DNA from: Sphingobacteriia bacterium
Lineage (GTDB): Bacteria; Bacteroidota; Bacteroidia; Chitinophagales; Chitinophagaceae
NCBI GenBank assembly: GCA_004294135.1
Contig: RDZY01000016.1
Location: forward strand, 18,036-82,035
DNA length: 64,000 nucleotides
Direction: 5' to 3'
The notes under the pieces were generated by a model. The model saw only the letters and a list, made by a program, of their open reading frames with translations. It made no database searches and had not been told where the DNA came from. This document shows, in pieces, positions 57,874 through 64,000 of this stretch. Within the stretch, counting starts at the first letter, position 1, and every line of letters begins with the position of its first letter. Both the position numbers and the translations under genes were made by a program.

Positions 57874-58710
57874 TTATCCTAAAGCAACTCTTTTAAATTC
57901 AGTAACCGTAATATTACCAACAGTTTTCAGATAAGCTTCTACGGTAATGCTGCCATCTTTTACAAAAGCTTGTGCTAACAATGTATTCTCCTTAAAGAAT
58001 GCATTCAACTTGCCTTCTGCAATTTTAGCCACCATTTCATCTGGCTTACCCGCCATTTTAGGATCGGCTTTCATAGTATCTACTACAATGGCTCTTTCTC
58101 TTTCAATAGTTTCAGCAGGAATGCTGTTGGCATCTACTGCCAATGGATTCATAGCTGCAATTTGCATAGCTACGTCTTTACCAGCTTCAGCCGCTTCCGC
58201 ACTTAACCCTACTAAAACACCCATACGATTGGCGCCATGTATATAAGAGGCTACATAAGGAGCTTCAATTCTTTCAAATTTAGCAACCCCAATTTTTTCA
58301 CCAATTGAAGCTAACTTGTCATTAATCATGTCAGCAACTTTTGCACCATTGATACTTACTTCATTCAGTTCCTCTGCACTTTTTACATCATTGGCTACTG
58401 CGGCATCCGCAATGGATACAGCAAATGCAACGAAATCTGCATTTTTTGAAACGAAATCTGTTTCACAACTAATACACACTACAAAACCTACTTTATTATC
58501 CGCAGATGTTTTTGCAATAATCACCCCTTCTTTCGCTTCTCTATCGCTTCTTTTAGCAGCAACTTTTTGTCCCTGCTTGCGCAACCAGTCAATTGCTGCT
58601 TCAAAATCACCATTGGTTTCGGTAAGCGCTTTTCTACAATCCATCATACCAGCACCTGTGGTCTGGCGTAATTTATTAATGTCTGTAGCTGTAATTGTTA
58701 TAGTTGACAT
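57874..58710 (-). CDS. tsf: Elongation factor Ts
   Basis: LRQTTGAGMMDCRKAL, CETDFV, IGEKI and MQIAAM. Start reassigned to MSTITI at 58710. Confidence 0.98.
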   Translation of the reverse strand: MSTITITATDINKLRQTTGAGMMDCRKALTETNGDFEAAIDWLRKQGQKVAAKRSDREAKEGVIIAKTSADNKVGFVVCISCETDFVSKNADFVAFAVSIADAAVANDVKSAEELNEVSINGAKVADMINDKLASIGEKIGVAKFERIEAPYVASYIHGANRMGVLVGLSAEAAEAGKDVAMQIAAMNPLAVDANSIPAETIERERAIVVDTMKADPKMAGKPDEMVAKIAEGKLNAFFKENTLLAQAFVKDGSITVEAYLKTVGNITVTEFKRVALG

Positions 58711-58741
58711 TATAAGTTTGTTTAAATTATTAATAACGAAC

Positions 58742-58793
58742 AATTAGTAATCTAGTTAAACAATAGGGTTACTGTTGAACTTGATTACTAATT
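58742..58793. repeat. Long imperfect inverted repeat in the rpsB-tsf spacer
   Basis: Arms at 58742-58757 and 58778-58793 match 15/16; inner CAATAG/CTGTTG. Confidence 0.7.
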
Positions 58794-58836
58794 ATTAATT
58801 GAACTAGGTTGCATCAAATGATTTGCTATTCACAAA

Positions 58837-59751
58837 TTATCTGCTTCCACCGCCACCACCACCTGCTGGGCGACGATTTCCGCCACTTGGAACACGACGC
58901 TTAGGAGGGCCGCCAGCACCAGGACCGCCAGCTGGTGAACCAGCACCGCGACTTCTACCTCCACGACCAGCTTCTGACTGGGCTTCGGCTTCAAGACGAC
59001 GTGCTCTTGTTTCATTTTCATTACTGCTGTCATCAGACTCATCTTCATCTTTAGACGCTTGACGTTCAGCAAGACCTTCAGCTATTGCTGCTACAATATA
59101 ATTGGTGATAATAGAAATTGATTTTGTTGCATCATCATTAGATGGAATGGCAAAATCAACTTTATTTGGATCACAATTCGTATCTACCATACCAAAAGTA
59201 GTGATGCCCAAACGCTTAGCTTCTGCCAAAGCGATATGCTCGTGACCAATATCTACTAGAAATAAAGCAGCCGGTAAACGACCCAGTTGAGCAATACCGC
59301 CCAATACTTTCTCCATTTTATCCTTGTCGCGAGTAAGGGTTAATCTTTCTTTTTTGGTCAAGCTCTCTGCGCTTCCATCAGCAAGCATTTTTTCAATGCT
59401 TTGCATTTTCTTCACACTCTTACGAACCGTGTTGAAATTGGTAAGCATACCACCCAACCAACGCTCTGTAGCAAAAGGCATATTTACGCGCCTAGCACAT
59501 TCAGTAACTATTTCTTTCGCCTGCTTTTTAGTAGCAACAAACATGATTTTCTTACCGCTTTTAGCAATTTGTTTAATGGCAGCAGCTGACTCCTGTAAGT
59601 AATCTACCGTTTTGTTCAGGTCGATAATATGAATGCCTTTTTTCTCAGCAAAGATGTAAGGCAACATCTTTGGATTCCACTTCTTTTTCAGGTGACCAAA
59701 GTGTACGCCGGCCTCCAGTAATTGCTGTTGTAGTGAAGTGTTATTTTCCAT
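58837..59751 (-). CDS. rpsB: 30S ribosomal protein S2 with Gly/Pro/Arg-rich tail
   Basis: LLEAGVHFGH..WNPKM, RWLGGMLTNF and DTNCDP..PSNDDA. Confidence 0.98.
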   Translation of the reverse strand: MENNTSLQQQLLEAGVHFGHLKKKWNPKMLPYIFAEKKGIHIIDLNKTVDYLQESAAAIKQIAKSGKKIMFVATKKQAKEIVTECARRVNMPFATERWLGGMLTNFNTVRKSVKKMQSIEKMLADGSAESLTKKERLTLTRDKDKMEKVLGGIAQLGRLPAALFLVDIGHEHIALAEAKRLGITTFGMVDTNCDPNKVDFAIPSNDDATKSISIITNYIVAAIAEGLAERQASKDEDESDDSSNENETRARRLEAEAQSEAGRGGRSRGAGSPAGGPGAGGPPKRRVPSGGNRRPAGGGGGGSR

Positions 59752-59808
59752 TGTGGTGAGTTATATAATTTTTTAAAATTTATTTTCAGTAGATATTCAA
59801 TACAACGA

Positions 59809-60198
59809 TTAACGTTTGCTGAACTGGTAGCTTCTACGTGCTTTCTTGTGACCAAATTTCTTACGCTCAACACTACGTGGATCACGCTTAAGTTGACCAG
59901 CAGCTTTTAATACTGGACGAAACTCAGGGTTTACCTCAAGCAATGCACGTGCAATACCCAATTTAGCCGCTTCTGCCTGTCCCTTTAAACCACCACCTTG
60001 TGCGTTAATAACAATATCAAATTTGCCTTCTACTTCTGCAGTTTTGATGGGAGCTTCTACCTGGTTTTGTAAGTAAACCAATGGGAAATAAGCTTTATAA
60101 TCTTTGTCGTTTACAGTGATCTTACCATCGCCCTTGCTGATGAATACGCGGGTAACGGCTTCTTTACGGCGACCAACTGCATTTTTTTGTTTTTCCAT
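59809..60198 (-). CDS. rpsI: 30S ribosomal protein S9
   Basis: GRRKEAVTRV, GGGLKGQA and RSVERKKFGHKKARRSYQFSKR. Confidence 0.98.
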   Translation of the reverse strand: MEKQKNAVGRRKEAVTRVFISKGDGKITVNDKDYKAYFPLVYLQNQVEAPIKTAEVEGKFDIVINAQGGGLKGQAEAAKLGIARALLEVNPEFRPVLKAAGQLKRDPRSVERKKFGHKKARRSYQFSKR

Positions 60199-60241
60199 TT
60201 TGTTTATATTGGGTGCTCTGTATTACTAACAGAGCAATGGT

Positions 60242-60685
60242 TTAGAATTTAAGTTCTTTTGCTTGCTGTGCAGTATGCGGATGAGCAGTACCTGCATACA
60301 CAAATAATTTTTTGATCATTTTGCGACCCAAACGATTTTTAGGCAACATACCCTTTACCGCTCTTTCCATGATTACTTCAGGGCGACGTCTTAAAAGATC
60401 AACTGCAGCTTCCTCTTTTTTACCTCCTGGATAACCAGAATAGTTGAGGTAGATCTTGTCTTCTAACTTATTACCGGTAAATACCACTTTCTCTGTATTG
60501 ATTACAATTACGTAATCGCCACAATCTACGTGTGGGGTATAATAAGCTTTGTTTTTTCCGCGAAGAACGGCGGCAATCTTAGATGCAATACGTCCCACGG
60601 TTTGATTAGTACCATCAACTACATACCAGTTGTGTTGAACGGTAGCCGCATTTGCATGCTTGGTGGTGAAATGAAGTTTACTCAT
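60242..60685 (-). CDS. rplM: 50S ribosomal protein L13
   Basis: WYVVDG..GRIAS, YTPHVDCGD, AVKGMLPKNRLGR and HPHTAQ. Confidence 0.98.
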   Translation of the reverse strand: MSKLHFTTKHANAATVQHNWYVVDGTNQTVGRIASKIAAVLRGKNKAYYTPHVDCGDYVIVINTEKVVFTGNKLEDKIYLNYSGYPGGKKEEAAVDLLRRRPEVIMERAVKGMLPKNRLGRKMIKKLFVYAGTAHPHTAQQAKELKF

Positions 60686-60757
60686 GATGCTTAAATTTAG
60701 TGAAGCCGGACGCTATCCCGCCGACCAGAATATCCCATTTTTGGGAGTGCAAAAGTC
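60686..60757 (-). promoter_or_regulatory. rplM promoter (GACTTTTG, 60750-60757) and structured 5' leader, candidate r-protein autoregulatory leader
   Basis: CCCA-aaaa-TGGG hairpin and a GTCGG...CCGGC GC-rich hairpin in an otherwise AT-rich leader. Confidence 0.45.
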
Positions 60758-61004
60758 GCGTTTTGCAATGAATATTCCAAGAATTTTGACAAGTATTTTT
60801 TATCGACTCCTCGTAACTAATTGATTTTCAATAAAAATTTGGCAAAATAATTTAAGTGGGATTTATTTTCAAACTAAAAATCCGTATTTTATTGCTTTCC
60901 TTCAAATCAAAACTACCTGTATCTTTAAAGTATATAAGAGATTTTAGTAAACAGTTTCAGTGTACCAAAGAAGCAACAATTAAAGCACCACAAATCCAAT
61001 TCAT

Positions 61005-62234
61005 TTGAACTATAAAAAATTTTCTGCAGACCAAATCTTTACGGGAAGTGATTTGCTTACCGACCAATCTGTATTAATTACCAGTAATGATGGTACTATA
61101 TTAGATATGGTAGCACCCGAAGATGCTGGCGATGATATTCAATATTTATCGGGTATTCTTTCCCCCGGCTTTGTAAATGCACATTGTCATTTAGAGCTGA
61201 GCCATATGAAGGGATTGATTCCTGAGCATACTGGCTTACCTGATTTTATCTTAAAAATTGTTAATGAAAGGCATTTTCCAGAAGAGCAGATATTAGATGG
61301 CATTGCAAAAGCGGAAGCGGAAATGTTGACAAACGGGATTGTTGCTGTGGGCGATATTTGCAACAACACACTCACTATTCCACAGAAGGTATTGGGCAAT
61401 ATGGCTTACCATAATTTTATTGAAGTAAGTGGATGGAAGCCTGAAATTGCTGTAGCTAGATTTGAACATTCGAAAACAGTGCTGGCAGCTTTTGTTGCTG
61501 GGCTAGAATCTGCACAAAATAAAAATCAACGCTCTATTTCTGCTTCTAATATTCATCATTCATCATTATCGCCGCACGCCCCATACTCTGTTTCCAATGA
61601 ATTATGGCAGCAACTAATGCCTTATTTTGAAGGAAATACAGTTACCATTCACAACCAAGAAACCCAAGCAGAAAATCAACTCTTTGGAGATGGAACAGGC
61701 AATTTTATAAGCATGTATGCGGCAATGAATATTAACCAAACGCATTTTGTACCAACGGGGCTCACCAGCTTACAATCTTATTTTCATCAATTGAATACCG
61801 CAAAAAATTTACTTTTGGTTCACAATACGGAGACGAATGCACAGGATATATTTTTTGCAAACGCTGCGCAAGGCGAAAACAAGCAATCACTTTACTGGTG
61901 TTTGTGTGTGAATGCCAATTTATACATTGAAAATAAATTACCTCCCATTGAATTATTAAGCCGCTACCACGTAAATATGGTTATAGGAACAGATAGTTTA
62001 GCCAGCAACCACAGTCTCAGCATATTGGATGAACTTAAAACCATTTCAAAACATTTTCCTCAAATACCATTGGAAGAACTATTGCAATGGGCAACGCTGA
62101 ATGGTGCCAAAGCCTTACAGTTGGATCACCAATTCGGTAGTTTTGAAAAAGGAAAGAAGCCAGGGATGATTCTGATACAAGGCATTGAGGAAGACCAACT
62201 ACTCAATCATACAACAGTAAATATTATTCGTTGA
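61005..62234 (+). CDS. Metal-dependent amidohydrolase (deaminase-like)
   Basis: PGFVNAHCHLELS (HxH), PHAPYS, HNQE and IGTDSLASN; TTG start. Confidence 0.9.
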   Translation: MNYKKFSADQIFTGSDLLTDQSVLITSNDGTILDMVAPEDAGDDIQYLSGILSPGFVNAHCHLELSHMKGLIPEHTGLPDFILKIVNERHFPEEQILDGIAKAEAEMLTNGIVAVGDICNNTLTIPQKVLGNMAYHNFIEVSGWKPEIAVARFEHSKTVLAAFVAGLESAQNKNQRSISASNIHHSSLSPHAPYSVSNELWQQLMPYFEGNTVTIHNQETQAENQLFGDGTGNFISMYAAMNINQTHFVPTGLTSLQSYFHQLNTAKNLLLVHNTETNAQDIFFANAAQGENKQSLYWCLCVNANLYIENKLPPIELLSRYHVNMVIGTDSLASNHSLSILDELKTISKHFPQIPLEELLQWATLNGAKALQLDHQFGSFEKGKKPGMILIQGIEEDQLLNHTTVNIIR

Positions 62235-62247
62235 TTACCCCCAGCAA

Positions 62248-64000
62248 CTATTTTTCTCCAGGATGATAGCTCAGCTCTTTATGTTTTAATACATCATCCC
62301 GATAAAAGTAAACTTCTTTAAATTTTCCATGAAGGTACCCTTCCGCTTGATCGGTAAAATGCTGCGAGCCTGGATATTTGCTTTGGCCCCCAGTAAGAAT
62401 AGTTCTTGCTTTTATGCGAGGCCCAAATTCTACCGCTGCAATAAAACTATTGCCTGCATAACCATAGCGTTTTTTGGTATTGGACATAAAGCCACTTTCA
62501 AAAGCTGGCAATGAACCCCAACGGGAAGAACTCAACGGTACAGCCATACTTGGTTTGGCATCATCATATAACTCATTGAATTCACCCGTAAGCCGCTGGT
62601 AACGGTTAATGCTTCCCCAATTCACGCGCCACAATCCATACTTTTTTTCTAGGGTTTTAATCACTTCCAGCATTTGTTCTAATAATTTTCTTTCCGATAT
62701 TTTATCAACAATGGAATTAAACCTAGCAATTATTTCTGTGCCCTCTTCTCTAGTTTTTGCAATCGGAATCAATGTATTTATTTTTGTTGCCCAATCAATT
62801 GCCAGCGTAGTAGCAATAGAATTGGTATCACTAATTTTATTCCAAGCCTTTAGTATATCAATCGGCTCCTGTAGTTTTTGTTTGATTGAGTCGTTGCTAG
62901 GCAGTGCATCGAAAGCTTTAAAAAGCGGAGTCAGCAAAATATCAAAAGCCGTAAGGTATCGGTTGTATCCAATTTCAATAAGTTGGTCTAGACTTATTTT
63001 ATTGGAATTGTTGAGTAACCTAATAGCGTTTAGTGCACGTGCATTCTGTCCATCAGGTGCCATATAATTGGGATGGTTTTTTTTATCGGGACTAGCCATG
63101 CCTGCCAATGTATATGGGGTGGCGTTGCAGTTCTGCATCCATCCTGTTTCTGGATTAATTAAGTGTACCGTTTCTTCTAAGGAATGAACTCCCTGCCACT
63201 CGGTTTTAGCCGTTGTTCCATCTACGGGTAGCGACCAATTATAAGCTGGATCTCGCTTTGGTATAAAATTACCATGCCAATAGGCAATATTTCCTTGATC
63301 GTCTGCGTACACAGTATTATTGCTGGTATTGGATAATCCGCGCATGACCCGAATAAATTCAGTCAAGTTATTGGCCTTGGTTGTTAACCAAGATTGTATC
63401 AATGCTTTTTTTGAGCGGTTGTATTCTTTCAAGCTCAGCCATTTACCTGCTCGCTTTGCTACAATTGGTCCGTGGTGCGAATAATATGCCGTAAAAGTTT
63501 TAGAGAGTCGCTGATTATTTTCGGTATAATAAAGGGTGATATTTTTAGTTTTCAGTGGAATTTGTTTTTGTTCGTATTCATACATCCAACCCTTAGAAGT
63601 TTCTGTCACTTTCTCTTCATAGAGGTCGGCCACATCGGCATAGCTTGTTGTATGCATCCAACCCAGATGAGCATTAAAGCCTTGGTAAATAAAAAACTGA
63701 CCCCAAGTTGCGGCACCATAAGCGTTGAGTCCCTCTTTACTCACCATTTGCGCTTCACTTCTAAAATAAAAAGGCACATGGGGATTGATGTAAAGCATTG
63801 CATTACCCGAAACCGTTTTTTTGGGTGCAATAGCAAAACCATTGGAGCCTCGATCTTCAATATCCCTATCATTATCAGCAAATGCTGTGGATGCTGATGG
63901 TAAATTGCTGTAAAAAAGTTTTACTTCTTCAATAGTTGCACCACCCATACTGGTTGCAGATACGCTGCCATCTGTGTACATTAGTTGAAACCAAGGTTGG
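62248..64000 (-). CDS. Penicillin acylase / peptidase S45 family Ntn-hydrolase, 5'-partial
   Basis: Frame is open to the window end (QPWFQLMY...). GSNG beta-chain N-terminal Ser, NPHVPF and HLGWMHT. Confidence 0.92.
   Translation of the reverse strand, partial: QPWFQLMYTDGSVSATSMGGATIEEVKLFYSNLPSASTAFADNDRDIEDRGSNGFAIAPKKTVSGNAMLYINPHVPFYFRSEAQMVSKEGLNAYGAATWGQFFIYQGFNAHLGWMHTTSYADVADLYEEKVTETSKGWMYEYEQKQIPLKTKNITLYYTENNQRLSKTFTAYYSHHGPIVAKRAGKWLSLKEYNRSKKALIQSWLTTKANNLTEFIRVMRGLSNTSNNTVYADDQGNIAYWHGNFIPKRDPAYNWSLPVDGTTAKTEWQGVHSLEETVHLINPETGWMQNCNATPYTLAGMASPDKKNHPNYMAPDGQNARALNAIRLLNNSNKISLDQLIEIGYNRYLTAFDILLTPLFKAFDALPSNDSIKQKLQEPIDILKAWNKISDTNSIATTLAIDWATKINTLIPIAKTREEGTEIIARFNSIVDKISERKLLEQMLEVIKTLEKKYGLWRVNWGSINRYQRLTGEFNELYDDAKPSMAVPLSSSRWGSLPAFESGFMSNTKKRYGYAGNSFIAAVEFGPRIKARTILTGGQSKYPGSQHFTDQAEGYLHGKFKEVYFYRDDVLKHKELSYHPGEK

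Noticed and set aside
22449-58743. Long N-terminal extensions in the ORF track for skp, bamA, the DUF6089 gene, nadK, the RND permease, pyrH, tsf and others
   Set aside because: The extensions overlap upstream genes or promoters and precede clear signal peptides or conserved starts, so downstream ATGs were used.
58823-59072. Overlapping 79-80 aa ORFs in the rpsB tail (including a poly-Pro frame)
   Set aside because: These are shadows of the GC-rich Gly/Pro codons of rpsB.
2070-63897. The many 60-150 aa antisense or alternate-frame ORFs nested in long genes
   Set aside because: They lie wholly within well-supported genes, have no motifs, and are expected from codon bias.

Overview
This is an AT-rich Bacteroidota chromosomal window; gene content and TAnnTTTG promoters suggest Chitinophagaceae (inference). 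Most of it is housekeeping or envelope genes: cysS, recO, pheS, murA, hflX, rpmH-rnpA-yidD, gldC, the porG-like/uppS/bamA/skp/skp/murI cluster, a TetR-TolC-MFP-RND pump, pyrH and rplM-rpsI-rpsB-tsf, plus tRNA-Ile2(CAT) and tRNA-Asn(GTT). I found no CRISPR array, transposase or integrase. There are four accessory patches. (1) About 11.1-13.0 kb, next to tRNA-Ile2: DoxX-like and GrpB genes plus unannotated Crp/Fnr and MNT-HEPN toxin-antitoxin relics. (2) 40.9-43.8 kb, the best candidate for an undescribed system: an HTH gene, a 119-aa protein ending in CPxxCP, a stand-alone 7TM membrane protein, a sensor-less HisKA_3 kinase and a NarL-type regulator, with a perfect 18-bp palindrome upstream. It looks like a peptide/protein-sensing split two-component module. 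(3) 45.4-49.1 kb: a PhoX-like phosphatase plus a di-haem peroxidase-like gene behind three 11-bp-periodic repeats, and a decayed Rieske gene. (4) 51.2-57.8 kb, between tsf and pyrH: a T9SS-secreted alpha/beta-hydrolase, three mosaic tandem lipoprotein genes sharing a 109-bp 3' cassette, a beta-barrel-like gene and a multiply broken lipoprotein gene. Non-coding highlights are a duplicated structured element with chained uORFs upstream of gldC, several apparently leaderless genes, stop codons doubling as promoters, an A54/U58-swapped T-loop in tRNA-Ile2 and an att-like scar at tRNA-Asn. All family assignments come from recognised motifs, not database searches.
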